In this document: positions 34,440 through 47,072 of the stretch, one piece after another
How positions within the stretch are numbered: the first letter of the stretch is position 1
Layout of the letters: every line of letters starts with the position of its first letter
Assembly (NCBI GenBank): GCA_025594325.1
Contig: JANHCV010000006.1
Coordinates: 620,001 to 684,000, forward strand
Origin: Blastocladiella emersonii ATCC 22665
Lineage: Eukaryota; Fungi; Blastocladiomycota
Length of the DNA: 64,000 bases
Reading direction: 5' to 3'
The notes under the pieces: generated by a model
The model's database searches: none
Told to the model about the DNA's origin: nothing
Seen by the model: only the letters and a program-made list of their open reading frames with translations
Translations under genes and position numbers: made by a program

Positions 34440-36716
34440 TCAAACAATCTCGTCTGACCGCACATCCTCGTACACCTCGACGGTGCTCTCAAACACCGTC
34501 TTGCTCGACCCGGGCACGAGCCGGCGCCGCTCGATCCACGCGCTCTTGTTGAAGTCGAGCAGGTCGTCGACAAACTCGTTGACGTTGTGCACGATCCGCA
34601 CCTCGCTGCGGCTGACGAGCTCGACGGCCGCCGTGAACACGGCGTCGCTCGCGCGCGCCACGAGCTCCTTGCGCCCGCCGAGCTCACGTTCCGCGCGCTC
34701 GTCGCCGACCGTCGACGACGTGATCCCGCCGAAAATATCGCGCAGCTCGCGGTTACGGAGCACCGACGCGAGGGACCCGTGCACCGTGGCAACAATCGCG
34801 TGGACGCGAGTCGACACGGACCGCGCCGCGTGGGCCTCGCGGCCATTACTGATCTCGTCGACCGCGACGACATCGGGCGTGTGGTTCTGCACCGCCTCGA
34901 GCATCGACTCGTGCTGGCGCGCGCGCGAGGGGACGTGCATGCGGCGGCACCGGCGGAGCGACGGGTGCGCGACGTCGCCGGGCCCGCCGACCTCGCCGGA
35001 CGTGTCGACGATCATGACGTTGCGCCGGCGCCGCGCGAACGACGACGAGCTGGTCTTGTCGCCCTCGCTCAGCCGCGCGCAAATGTCGCGCAGCGTGTGC
35101 GTCTTGCCGGTCCCGGGTCGCCCGACCACGAGGATCGACTCGCCGCGCGCGAGGAGGTCGCGCAGGAGGACCGTCGCGAGTCCCGTGTGCGGCGGCGCGG
35201 CGCGCCCGATGCGCAGCGTGAGGCCGACGGGCGTAGCGTTGTCGCGGCCGGCGATCTACGAGATGCGGTGCAGCTGGCCGTCGATCCCGCCGCGGCGGTC
35301 CGACGAGAAGGAGCGCGTCTCGTAGATGGCGTCGAGCATCGCGCGCGTCACGGGGCCGAAGTCGTCGAGGTCGAGGACACCGTCGTGCGCGCGCGCCGCG
35401 CTGTCGGCCGCGGCGTCGTCGAGGTCGAGGAACCGCAGGCGCGGCGGCATGCCAAGATCGAGCGAGATTTCGTCGAGCTCGTCGATCGCGTTGCCCGGCA
35501 GCGCCTCGCAGATGCGGTCGTACAGGTCCCGCGGGAGCAGCGCGAGGAGGTCCTCGACCTCGGCGCGCACGCGTGCGTTGAACGCGGCCTCCTCGGGGTC
35601 CTCGTTCTGGGGCGCGGGAGGCGGCGGGACCGCGGCGCTGCGCCACTGGATGCGGGCCGGGTTCTCGGGGTCGAAGCGCGCGTGCACGGGCACGAGCAGC
35701 GGCAGCGGCTTGCGGATCCAGTCGCGGACCTGCGTCGGGTCCACGTCGGTCTCGAGCGGGCGCGGGACGGGCGCGTCGAGGAAGCCCTCAGCGGCGACGG
35801 CTGCAGCGGCGGGTGGAGGGGCGGGTGCAGGAGCCGCGGTCGACGGGTGGAACGGCGCGGGAACAGGAGCCGCGGCGGCGGGAAGGACGGGTGCCGTGGC
35901 GGCGGGAAGGACGGGTGCCGTGGCGGCGGGAAGGACGGGTGCGGGAGCAAATTCGATCGGGGCAGGAACCGGGATGAACTTGGGCAAGGGGATGAGAGTT
36001 TGGTTCGCGGCCGGGGTAGGAACCGGGACGACTTTGGGCGGAGGAACGGCCGTCGGGGTCGCAGCCGGGGTCGGGACCTGGACGGGCGCGTGCTTTGGCA
36101 TCGGCGCGGCCGGTGCAGTAGGCACCGCGGGAGGCGCGGGCTTCTGCGTCGGCTGCACGGCCGGTGGGGGGATCGCGGCATGACCGACACCATTCGTCGC
36201 GGGGAGGTACGCGTCGAGCGGGAAGCGGGCAAACTTGTCGAGCGTGACGGGCGTGAAGAGCTGGCCGATCTTGTTGAACCCAAAGTGCGACGGCGCGAGC
36301 TCCGCGAGTTTAGCGATACTGGGTGGATTGGGCCGCAGCCGCATCGCGGGGTGGTTCTTGAAGCGGGTGACGGCGGCGTCGACCTTGATCGGGCCGCGCT
36401 CCAAGAGGTCCAGGAACACGTCGAGCATGAGGACGACATCGGTGGCGAGCTCGGGCTCGTTGAGGAGCGTGGATCGGTCGAGCACGCGCCGGAGCTGGTA
36501 CGTCTTGACCCTCGACTTGCGCACGGAGACGCGTCCAAAGACGCTCGGGAAGAGCAGCAGCAGGCCGTCGCCGCCGCCGATGAAGTGGAAGGCGCGGTGC
36601 CGGTTCAGCGCCTCGGTGAGCTTCACCGCGATGCCCGTGTGGTCCGGGCGCTGCGCGAGCACGTCGGCGGCTGCACAGAGTAGTTCGGCAAGCGGGCTTA
36701 GTTCCATGGTGGGCAT
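34440..36716 (-). CDS. ycf45: Ycf45/SpoIIIAA-like P-loop ATPase, copy 2, with the same in-frame TAG (35256-35258)
   Basis: Same motifs as copy 1 at a constant offset of 31,943 bp. The N-terminal domain is clearly homologous but diverged. A 21-bp (APVLPAA) tandem expansion lies at about 35870-35940. Confidence 0.85.
34615..35951. repeat. Near-identical direct repeat of 2672-3961 (ycf45 homogenised tract)
   Basis: Shadow ORFs 2903-3703 and 34846-35646 translate identically. The differences I found are at the 3' end of the genes (mostly synonymous), in the 21-bp expansion, and upstream of it. Confidence 0.9.
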
Positions 36717-36878
36717 CAAGGTTGGGCGGGGAGAAAGGACCGCCCGCGGGCGCGTGCCGCGAAAGTTCTCAGCTCAGCGGCGGATCAGCCTGTTGCCCTG
36801 CGTTTCAGGTTGCGCATGACTCCCGCGAGACGCCCGCGTCTCTCCCTGCGGTTCTCGGAAGGGGCCATCAGTGCAGCA

Positions 36879-37916
36879 TCAAATCTTCATTCGACTCGGG
36901 TCCCGAACCACCTCTCCGGGCCCCATCAGACTCAGCGTCGGCTGCGACTTGGCCGGCACGGACGCGGTCGCCGAGTTGGTCGATCCGCCGCCGCCGACCC
37001 AGCGCGCGAGCCGCTTCTTGCGCATGATCTTGTTGAGCGCGACGAAGAAGCTGCACAGCACGCGGAGCCGGAACGCTTGTGAGAAGAAGTAGCTACATAC
37101 GGGCCGTGCCGAGTGAGCGAGGAGGACAGTGATCCGAGAGTGGAGACGGGACGAGTCGCATACAAGAACCACAACGGGTCGATTGAGTAGGCGAAGACGA
37201 TGATGCACGCCGTGATGACCGTGAAGATGCTGTCGAGGAGCACGAGCACCTGCATGTGCCGCAGGAGCGGGTGGAGGCCGGCGCGCAGGGACAGCTGGTT
37301 CTCGCCGGCCATGGTGCGCAGGTGCACCGTGAACGCGATGGCCACGCCGAGGTTGACGCACGCGTCGTACACACTCCACGCTACACAATAATCGTTAGTG
37401 CCTCCAACGCGCAGCTCGACCACGCGGTGGCGTACCTCCAAACGCGTCGTTGACTGCCGGTATCGCCGTATAGTCCTTGAGCTGGGCGAGGTAGACAAAG
37501 TACGCGGTGTTGGCCGCAAAGTTGTAGCAGATAGACACGCCCACGAGCGCGCCGAGCGCCTGCGTGAGCTTGCGCTGGGTCTTGAACGCGAGCCGGTAGA
37601 ACCGGTAGAAGTTGATGCCGGTGAACCCGATCTCCGTGTACGCCTCGAGCACGATCCCGATACACCGGACGGCGGCCGTGCCGGGCGTGATTTCCGTCGA
37701 CGGGAGGTCGGGCGGTCGCGGCGGCGTGCCGAGGTTGATGAGCAGCAGGTCCGTGACGCACGCGATGCACACGGACGCGATGGCGAGGTGGAACGTCGAT
37801 CGCCGCTTCCAGTGTAGCCGGACCGACGCGAGGACCGTCGACGTGTGCAGGCACAGGATGACGCCGAACAGGAACGCCGACGCGGCCCAGGTGAAGACTT
37901 CCTCCGTTATCGCCAT
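36879..37916 (-). CDS. Seven-transmembrane GPCR-like protein, 2 introns
   Basis: Splicing at GTACGC...GTGTAG and GTATGC...ATGTAG gives 7 hydrophobic segments, with GINFYRFY at the end of TM3 and a basic helix (ALNKIMRKK) after TM7. Confidence 0.65.
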
Positions 37917-38178
37917 GGCGATGGTGGTAGTGCGGTGCGTCAATTCAAAGCAGTCGCATGGAGCCCGAGGGCAGCGTGGCGGGTTGCTTCATGGCAAGGG
38001 GAGCGTGCAAGTGCACCGGGTTTCGTGCTTGCCCAGAGTCCGTTCCATGTGCTCCGCGGAGCAGGCGAGCCACCGCGTGCCCGTCTCCCAGCGCGTTCAT
38101 GGCGTGGCCGCGGCATCGGCTTGAAATGTGGCGCAACGCGTCTCTGTCTCACCTCACGTGGCAAGCGGGTGTATTCAC

Positions 38179-40507
38179 TCACTCGAACTCGCACCGCGGC
38201 CGCACGAGCGGCGACAGCCGGACGTAGTCCTCGTGGTGCTGCGGGCTGAACTTGCGCGCGCCGGCGTGCAGGACGTACCACTGGAGGAACACGTCACGCG
38301 CGCGCACCGCGTCCTCGAGTGCTGTCTCGAGCGCCGCCTGCCGCAACGGGTGGTCGGGCGCCATGAGCCGGACGACGACCACCGTGGTGATCTCGGCGCG
38401 AGGCTGCGCCGCAGTGAGAAGCCGTGCGGGGGCAATGAAGGTCGCGAACAGGTCAGTGGACTGGAGCGCGGTCGGGTCGTACGCGGCGCGGACGGCGAGC
38501 GACAGGGCCTGGTAGAGCAGCCGGAACGGTTCGTGCGCAGCAGGTTGCGCCGAGTCGCGGGCGGGCAGCGGGTGGACAAGTTCGAGCGCGTTGCTCAGCG
38601 CACCGGCCGTCTACACACAGATGAGGTGTGAGTTTGACCGAACGCGACGTACAACGCTCAAGCACGCACCAGCAAAACTAGCAACCGGAGACACGTCACC
38701 TCGAGCGCGTCCTCGCTCGCCGCCACATCCTCGGCCGCCACACCGATCCCGAGATGCGGCTCGAGGTCGGCCAGCGCGCCCATCGCATCGTGGTACCGGT
38801 GCCGGCGCAGCGCGGCCTGGGCCCGCGCGACCTGAAGCCGGCGGCGCTCGAGCTGGTTGACGGCGGGGAGATCAGCAAGATGCCCCGCGTAAGTCCGCTC
38901 GTAGTCGGCGAAGCGCGGCCAGTCGCACGCGAGGACCGACTTGGCGAGGTTGAGGTACACGTACTCGCGTTCGATCCGGGCGAGCGAGGCGAGGTCAACG
39001 GGGGGATGGAGGCCGGACTGCGTCAGCTCGTCGAGCAGGCGGCGCGCGGCGCGAGGGTGCTCCTCCCGCGCTCGCTACGAAGGCGGGAATGTCAACGCAA
39101 GCTCCAAGACAGGTGAAGGAGGAGAGCGCACCGCTCGCACTAGCGCCAGAAGCGACGCAACGTCGCCGCTCGTTCGGAACGCGGTCCACGCCTCGGCCGC
39201 GTCAAGGAGCGGGCGCGAGGGCTCAGCTCGCCGGTCCGTAGCCGGGTTGACGATTGAGACAATCTCTTGGAGCCGCGCGCGCGCCATCTGGGTACACTCG
39301 GCGTCCTGGACGTTCTGCGCGTCGCGGATACACGCCTCGAGGAGCTACACACACACGCGCCGCTCGCATCAGCACCGCCACCACCACCCCAGCACGCAAA
39401 CGCACCTGCATCGCGCGCTCGTACCACCCGAACTTGGCATGCATCTGCGCGAGCGCGTACGCCGCCCACGGGATCATGTGGAGGATCGAGATCTCGGGCT
39501 CAGCGCGGTCGTTGCGCGCGGTACTCACAAACGTGTTGAGCGCGTCGACGGCCGCCGTGTAGTCGCCGCGCTCGGCCGCAGCCAGGGAGCGCGCGTAGTG
39601 GACTTTCGGGATCCCGATGAAGTGGGCGGCGATGCGCGCGAGGTCGTGTTCGATCGACGCGAGGTCCAGCGGGCTGCCCGGCTTTGGCGGAGCAGGGTCG
39701 GACGGCGTGACGGACTCGTGCTGCAGCTCGCGGATGTGCCGGTCGACGACGAGCGATGCGCGGCGCAGCCCGAGCCCCTCGCCATTCGCCGGCGCGAGCC
39801 CCGCGGTCGCGGAACCCGGCGGCGAGCAATACGCGACGAACGCCGAGTACAACCCCGCGAGGACCGCGTCCCCGCGCTCGGTCGGTGGCGCGTCGAGGTC
39901 GACGAGGAACCGGCGGACCCACTTGCCGATGAATGATTTGGCCGAGAACTGCTTCGTGTCGGCCTCCTCCTTTGCTTCGTCGGGCTCGTCAGCGAGGTCG
40001 CCGAGCGACCGCACGCGTTCGATTGCCGCGTAAAACGCCGAGGGCGACGCCAGCGCTTCGTACACGCGCGCGTCGAGGTCGCCCGCGATCCCGGGCCCGT
40101 TGGGCCGCCACGCGTGGATCGACGACATCAGGTCGACGAAAGTCGGCTCGTCGAGCGTCGTCGTGCTCTCCTACGCTATGCGTTAGCGCCTTACCCCTCG
40201 CACCAGCGTCGGACCAAACACACCTCGCTGAGGAGCGCCTGAAGCTGCGACGCATGCGCCGTCAGCTGGCCGAGGCTGAACAGCGTCGCAATGAGCAGGG
40301 CGATGGCCGTGGTGCACGGCGTCGCGAAGTTGAGCATGCCGGCGCGGACGGCGCGCGCCCGGTCGCCGACCACCGGCACGTCGCGCGGCGCCGAAGCTCG
40401 GGTGGTTGCATTCAGTGAGAGTTCATGGAGAGCGCGGTTCATGGTCGTCGACGTCGACGTGGTCGTCGCCGTGGTCGTCGCGGCGAAGTCGACGACCAGG
40501 TCGATGG
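38179..40507 (-). CDS. Anaphase-promoting complex subunit 5-like TPR protein, multi-intron (exon boundaries only partly resolved)
   Basis: DYTAAVDALNTFV...AAYALAQMHAKFGWYERAMQ|LLEACIRDAQNVQDAEC resembles the Apc5 motif YALL.LA..H..FG....A...I.EAI..A....D..CL. The N-terminal ATPCTTAIALLIATLF resembles the Apc5 N-terminus. Confidence 0.6.
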
Positions 40508-40587
40508 CCACGACGGCTCGCTCTCGTCTCCCCTTGACGGCGATAAACCCCTCTCACACTCACCCTGCAACGAATCAACTTGCGGCA

Positions 40588-43348
40588 ATGCTGCCGTTTA
40601 AGCGCAAGAACCCGCTAGCCGAGAGCGACAGCGACGACGACGCGCTCGAGGGCATGATCCAGAAGCCGTCGCCGTCGCTGGCCGACCCCGCTGCGCTGCC
40701 GTCCAAGAAGATTGGGCCCTCTGCACTCCTCGCCAAGCGCTTCCCCATGGGCGGCGTTCCCAAGGGCAAGGCGCCTGCTGCCGCACCCGCTGCAACGACA
40801 GCGAGACCTGGCCCGTCGCCGCCGACCCCGCGCGCTGCCCCACCAACGCCTACACCGAAACCCGCCGCCGCCGCGTCTGACGGCGAGGACGACCTGGACG
40901 CGTTTATGGCGCAGGTCCAGGCGCAGGCTGTCGCGGACCGTGTTGCCGCGACGGAGCGCGCGCAGGCCGAGGCGGACCGGGCCAAGCCGGCCGTGTTCGA
41001 GGCCGAGGACGGCATGGAGTCGTTTGCGACGGCGCTGCACGCGCAGCGGCTCAAGCGCGCCGAGGACGGCACGTCCAGTCCCGTGGGCGGCGACTCGGCG
41101 GCGGGGGTCGACTCGGACGAGGAGGTGTACCTCGCGGCTGAGGCTATGGAGCGTGAGCTTGCCGAGTACGCTGCTTACTTCGAGGTAATAGGATCCGTTG
41201 CTGATGCCCTGGGCCACCGTTGTAGGCGGAGCGGGATGCGCGGCAACGACGACGAGAAGCGCGAAATCGATCCGCTGAAGCCAATCGGTACGCCTTCCCC
41301 TCGTCACACACGTCCGCCTGTCCCCTCACACCCCAGACCGTGTAGACCACGCGACCATGGAGTACATTGAAATCGAGAAAAACTTCTACGAGGAGCACGC
41401 CGACATCGCCGCGCTGCCCATGGGCCAGGTCAACGAGATCCGCAAGAAGCACAGTACGCCGCTCGCTGCCGTCCGTACCGCGCTCTGCGAATCCCACTTC
41501 ACCACGCCCCGCCCTCTCCTCCTCTTCATTCGCACTTGATCACAGACATCCGCGTGTACGGGCACGGCGCGCTCAAGCCGTGCATCTCGTTCGCGCACTT
41601 CGGCTTCGACGAGGACCTGATGTCCGCGATCGCGCGGTCCGAGTTCACGACACCCTCGGCGATCCAGATGCAGGCGGTGCCGCTAGGTCTCGCGGGCCGC
41701 GACGTGATCGGGGTCGCAGCGACGGGGTCGGGCAAGACGCTGGCGTTTCTGTGGCCGATGCTGGTGCACCTCATGGACCAGCCGGAGCTGGCGCGCGGCG
41801 AGGGTCCGATCGGGCTCGTGCTGGCGCCGACGCGCGAGCTCGCCATGCAGATCGCCAAGGAGGCCAAGCGGTACGCGACCAAGGTCTACGGGATCCGCGT
41901 CTTCTGCTTAACGGGCGGCGCCAACAAGGCGGACCAGTGGAAGGCCCTGCGCGCGGGCGTCGACCTGCTGATCGCCACGCCCGGCCGGCTCATCGAGATG
42001 GTCAAGAATAAGGCGACCAACCTCACGCGCGTCTCGTACCTCGTCCTCGACGAGGCCGACCGCATGCTCGAGCAGGGGTTCGAGGCCCAGGTTACTAGCG
42101 TGTGCAGCCACGTGCGGCCCGACCGCCAGAGTGCGATTTTCTCGCTGTCGCCGCTTGAAGAGTACTGAGTACTAACCGCTCATGACGTGCGTGTAGCGAT
42201 GCTGTTCTCGGCCACGTTCCCGCGCCGCGTCGAGAGCCTCGCGTACTCGGTGACCGTGGACCCGATCAAGGTGGTCGTGGGCGGCGGCGCCGCGAGCCAG
42301 GACGTGACGCAGGTCCCCGTCGTGCTCGACGACGAGGAGGCCAAGTTCATGTGGGTGCTGCAGAACCTCGACCGGTTCACGTCCGGTACGCGCGCACTCG
42401 CCTCATTCTGCACCCGCATCCCGCACTCACCTCGTCGCCGCCGATTTTAGACGGCAGCGTCCTCCTCTTCGCAACCCGCAAATCCGCCGTCGACGCGCTC
42501 GTCGCACAACTCCAAGCGCACCACGTCCCATGCCGGGCACTGCACGGCGACATGCTGCAGCCGGAGCGCGAGCGGCTAGTCCACGACTTCCGTACCGGCG
42601 CGTACGACATCCTGGTCGCGACCGATGTCGCCGCGCGCGGCCTGGATATCAAGTCGGTCCGCACCGTGATCTGCTTCGACCCGCCGCGCGACATGGAGTC
42701 GCACGTGCACCGCGTCGGGCGCACGGGCCGCGCGGGCGAGAAGGGCACCGCGTACTCGCTCGTGACGCGCGACCAGGACCGGTTCGCCGGCGAGCTCGTC
42801 GCGCATCTCGAGGCGTCGGGCGTCGCGGACGTCGACGCACAGCTGCTCGCGCTCGCGATGACGAATGGGCGGTTTGCTAAGGCGCGGCGCGGGGCGGGTG
42901 GCGGGAACGGGCGTGGCCGAGGGCGGGGCCGCGGGCGCGGCGGCCGCGGCGGTGGTGCGCGGGGCCGCGGCGCGTTCATGGGCGGGGCACGCCGCGAGGC
43001 GACGCTGCTTTCGACGGGCGGGTCGATCGGGTCCTCGAGCCGTACGTGTTCAGGACTCGCCCCCGTTGGATTGTGCGCTCACTCACTCTCCCACGTTTAG
43101 ACGCGTCCAATCTCCTCATGGCCGCGTTCCGGCCATCCTCCAAGCCGTCCGAGTCGGCCAACCCGCCGTCCCTCACGGCGGTCGCACCCGCTCGGCCGCC
43201 CGCAGCGAGACCAGCGGCGGCGGCTCCCACACCCGCTTCTTCGCCGTCACCCTCACTGGCGATGCCCGCGGGCGACGCCAAATCGGCCAACCCGCTCCTC
43301 GCTGCGCTCGCGCGACACCAGGCGGCCAAGCGCGGCGGCGGCAACTGA
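40588..43348 (+). CDS. DDX42: DEAD-box RNA helicase DDX42 (SF3b125)-like, multi-intron
   Basis: DDLDAFMAQV; IDPL..IDH..MEY..IEKNFYEEH; PSAIQMQAVP; AATGSGKT; LAPTRELA; LVLDEADRM; FSAT; HGDM.Q.ER; HRVGRTGRAG; RGG-rich tail. Confidence 0.9.
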
Positions 43349-43424
43349 ACTGCGTGATTGAACGTGTCTATAATGAATGCCAAAGTGCCAAAAACGAGTG
43401 ATGATGAAAGCGGGCGGAACGAAG

Positions 43425-44981
43425 TTACTGCTGCGGGTAGTACCCGATCTGCTGCTGCTGGGCGGGCTGCGACGACGCTGGCGGCGGGTACATGCTCGAC
43501 TGGAACTGCTGCGGGGGCGGGGCGTAGGCCGCAGGCTGGCTGCTCGCGTACGCGCTGCTCGTGGACGGGTACGCCGCGCTGCTTGACGGGTACGCCGATG
43601 AAGCTGCGCCGCCGTAGCCCTGCTGCTGCTGCTGCTGCTGTTGCTGGAGATTCGCGTTGGCGTCGGCGTACGCGTACTGCTCCTTGATCTGCTGCTGCGA
43701 GTGCTGGTAGTATCCGGCGGGCGGGGCGGGCGCCGAGATCACGGGCTGCGTGACGGGGACCGCGTATGGCGCCGACGCGTACATCCCGCCGCCGCCGCCG
43801 ATCGACGAACCCGTGTACTGCTTCTGATTCGGGGACACGCCGTACCCGATGCTCCCGCTGCCCGTGTATGGGGAGGGGCCGGGCGGCGGCATCGCGTACA
43901 CGGACTGCGCGGGCGGGGCGGCCGACGGGTAGGCGATGGGCTGCGCGGGCGGGGCCGGCGGGGCCGGCGGGCGCATGGGCGCGAGCGGGACGTGGACCAC
44001 CTCCTCGGTCTCGATCTGGACGATCTTTCCGGCGTACCCGTCGCTGACGGCGGGGCGCGTCGAGGCGGCAGCGGAGGCGGCCGGGGCGGTCGAGGCCGCG
44101 GGGTAGTAGGGCGCCGGGTTGGACTGCGGGGCGGCGTAGACGGGCGCGGCGGGGGCCGGGGTGGGGGCCGGCGGCGCGGCGTAGTGCGGGTCGTAGCCCC
44201 CACCGCCGCCGCCGTTGTTGCCGTAGTTGGGCTTGGACTCGCCCCCACTACCGCCGCTCGAGCTCGAGCCGGAGCAGCAGCAGCAGCAAATGGACTTGAG
44301 CATGGACGTGAGGCAGCTCATAATCCCCGTGACGCACGAGCACGCCGAGCAGCATGCCATGCATCCGCACCACCAGCACGAGCAGCAGCACAGGCACGAG
44401 ATGACGAGGACGATGGCGGCGGCGGCCAGGATGAAGGTGCCCTTGTTGGCGTTGAACGAGTAAGAGACCCAGCCCCACGCCCCATCGACCTTACACTCGC
44501 CCTCGGCGTCGCCATCATCGAGCTCGCACCGGAGACCGAGCATGCACGGGTTGTTGGTGAGCTGCGACGCGGACCCGCCGGCGACGGCGCCCGTGACAGC
44601 GGCTGTGGCGTTGGCCGCGGACGTCGGCAACTTGCCGGGCGCGATCGCGTTCCCGCTCGGCGGCGGGTACAGCAGCGCGGCCGCGCACGAGTCGCCGCGC
44701 GGGACGCGGTTGAGGCACACGCCGGCGCCCGTGGTCGTCGAGCAGTAGGTGGTGGAGTTGAAGTCGGAGCACGCCTGCCCGGCCACCTGCACGTTGCACG
44801 ACCGCAGCGCACACACCTTGCCGGCGAGGTCGCAGAACTGGCCCGCGCCCGTGCACTGCGCGTTGGACGTGCACGACACGGCGAGGTTGGCGGATGCCGC
44901 GGCGACCGAGGCGGGCATGGTCGCGGCCACGACAGCCAGGACGGCGGCCGTGGCGGCGACGAGGTAGGAGAGGCCGCGCAT
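43425..44981 (-). CDS. Single-pass membrane protein, family member A: signal peptide, Cys-rich ectodomain, TM, Cys cluster, P/Q/Y-rich tail
   Basis: 518-aa intronless ORF. Cys spacing (C..FN.T.YC...G.C..R...G..C...NPC..G..C) is shared with the ORFs at 50852 and 52878. Confidence 0.8.
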   Translation of the reverse strand: MRGLSYLVAATAAVLAVVAATMPASVAAASANLAVSCTSNAQCTGAGQFCDLAGKVCALRSCNVQVAGQACSDFNSTTYCSTTTGAGVCLNRVPRGDSCAAALLYPPPSGNAIAPGKLPTSAANATAAVTGAVAGGSASQLTNNPCMLGLRCELDDGDAEGECKVDGAWGWVSYSFNANKGTFILAAAAIVLVISCLCCCSCWWCGCMACCSACSCVTGIMSCLTSMLKSICCCCCSGSSSSGGSGGESKPNYGNNGGGGGGYDPHYAAPPAPTPAPAAPVYAAPQSNPAPYYPAASTAPAASAAASTRPAVSDGYAGKIVQIETEEVVHVPLAPMRPPAPPAPPAQPIAYPSAAPPAQSVYAMPPPGPSPYTGSGSIGYGVSPNQKQYTGSSIGGGGGMYASAPYAVPVTQPVISAPAPPAGYYQHSQQQIKEQYAYADANANLQQQQQQQQQGYGGAASSAYPSSSAAYPSTSSAYASSQPAAYAPPPQQFQSSMYPPPASSQPAQQQQIGYYPQQ

Positions 44982-45630
44982 CGTCGTCGGCTTCGATGCG
45001 GTGGAGGAGTTGATGCGTAGAGTTACGTTGCGTTGCGGGCGAGTCTAACTTTTCTCTCGAGTGGATTCGAGAGGGAGAGGGAGCGGGTCAGAGCGGTGGA
45101 GCAATGGGGGAGCGATGCGCCACGGCAGGCGGGCTGGTTCTCGGCGCGCCGAGCCTCTTCTCTCGCAACAGCCCTCTCGACGAGGAGCCCGAAACGTGCA
45201 ATGAAGACTTGAACTTGATGCAGCGAGCTCGGCCGAGTCGTCGGCGCAGAGGGGACGGCCGCTCAGGGTCGGGTCGGTGCCGGCTGCCCCGCGGCGCCAA
45301 GGCGGCCCGCGCTGTGGCGGAATCCGCTGCTGCGGCTCGCCGTGCCGGCCTTGCATGCACCTCATGCAGCCCTCCGGTGTCCCGTTCACACCGCTGTCCC
45401 CATTTGGGGCGACGTGAGGGATCCACAAGGACGCACGATCCCTCGCTGGCGACCATCGCGGTCGTCCTCTCGCTTCGCCGCGAGGTCCTCTTCAGGGAAC
45501 TTGAAAGCTCGTTTATGTCTAGCTTAGGAGTCGAGGACCGCGGGCGGGCTCGCGCCGGCGTGTATGAGGAGACGAAGAAGTTGGATGGATTGACCAAAAC
45601 CTGAGCAGACTCGGCCTCGCCGAGCCGGGT

Positions 45631-46536
45631 CTACTTGAACGGCGGCTGCTGGGCCGAGGCCGACTGCTGCTGCGGCGGCGGCGGCGGCGGCGGGTACATG
45701 CCACCCGGCTGCGGCGGGTACACGGGCGTCGAGGTCGGCGGATAGCTCGCACTCGCCGTCGGCGGACCCGAGTACGTCGGGTTGCCCTGCGCCGGCAATA
45801 AGTAGGCCGGTGTAGCTTGAGCCATCGGCGGGTAGCTGTTTTGGGCTGGCGTCGGGTACGCCGGCGCGCTCTGGACTGGCGGGTACGCCGGCGGCGGGCT
45901 CGACGGGTAGGATGCGATGGGCTGGCTCGTCGGCGGCGGATACGATGCGCTCGCCTCGGTCTGCGGCGGGTACGATGCACTGATCTGCGGCTGCGTCGGA
46001 TGCGACGCGCTAACCTGAGTCTGCGGGGGACACGTCGACGAAACGGGCGCACTCGAATCCGACGGCGGCGCGGTCAACGGATGCGTCTCGTTGGTTAACG
46101 GATGCGTCTTGGTCTTACTCGCTGCGCCTTCGCCACCACCACCGATCCCAAACGAGCTCAGCGTGTCGCCAAACATGCCGGCGCCCTTCTTGCACACAAA
46201 GTACACGCAGCAACAGCAGCACGCGATCAGGGCAGCGATGAAGATGAGTGAGCAGGCCCTTATTCTTCTGGATGAAGGTGCCGGCCGAGATGCACTTGCC
46301 GTCGTTGACGTCGCACACGAGCCCGTCGGCGCACGGGTTATCGTAGCGGATCGCCGAGATGTCCTTGGTACACGGTGCGCCCTCCTGCGCGGTTCGCGCC
46401 ACGCACTGGCCGTTGCGTGCCGCGTTGCAGTACGACGTCGCGTTGAACTTGGTGCACGACGTGTCGTCGTCGAGCCACGGGAAGACCGCGAGCTGGCAGG
46501 TGTTGCCCGCGGCGGCGCTGCAGAACTCGCCCTTGC
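45631..46536 (-). pseudogene. Cys-rich receptor family member B, exon 2 (frameshift in the TM segment near 46255)
   Basis: After the acceptor TAG|GC AAG GGC GAG TTC TGC the sequence closely matches member D exon 2. The frame changes at KGLL/LIFIAALIACCCCVYFVCKKG. Confidence 0.85.
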
Positions 46537-46598
46537 CTACACGGCGGGCCGCTTAGGTTATCGCGTGGCCGCAAACGATCGGCGCGACGGGTGTACGC

Positions 46599-47072
46599 GC
46601 TCAACCTGCTGGGCCGCCGCGCTTCCTCGTCTTCGTCATCCGCGTGCCTGCCGCCGCGGCGGCCAAGCTCAAGCGTATGCTCAACGGTCCTGCGTCGGGC
46701 CCGCGCAGCCTGCAGCTCGCCGGGATCGAGCCGCTGACGCTCGACGACGTGGTGCGCCCGCTATCCCCGTCGCTCCTTTCGCCGCCACCACCGCCGCAAC
46801 CCGCGCTCACGCGGACGCGCTCGCACACCTCGGCCGCCTCGGAACCTATCTCACCCGCGTCGCTCCTGTTCCGCGACATTGAGCGGTCCTCGATCGCGCA
46901 CCTCGGCGACGGAGAAGGCGCCCACGCACTGCCGCCCCCGCCCCCACCGCAGGCGCTCGCGCGATGCCTGTCGTCGCCCGAGCTTGAGATTCCGCTCCCG
47001 TCCGAGACCGCGCGGAACGCGCACCCCGCCGTCCCCGCCGCGCGTTCCGCGATACCCGGAGCGCCGGGTTGA
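46599..47072 (+). pseudogene. 5'-truncated Pro-rich coding fragment at the left border of the insert
   Basis: Open frame with strong codon bias (GPPRFLVFVIRVPAAAAAKLKRMLNG...PGAPG*), no ATG start, beginning at the insert edge. Confidence 0.45.

Noticed and set aside
11518-35951. Repeat-induced point mutation (RIP) as the cause of the stops
   Set aside because: Some stops fit CpA->TpA, but the duplicated ycf45 tract appears identical rather than peppered with transitions.
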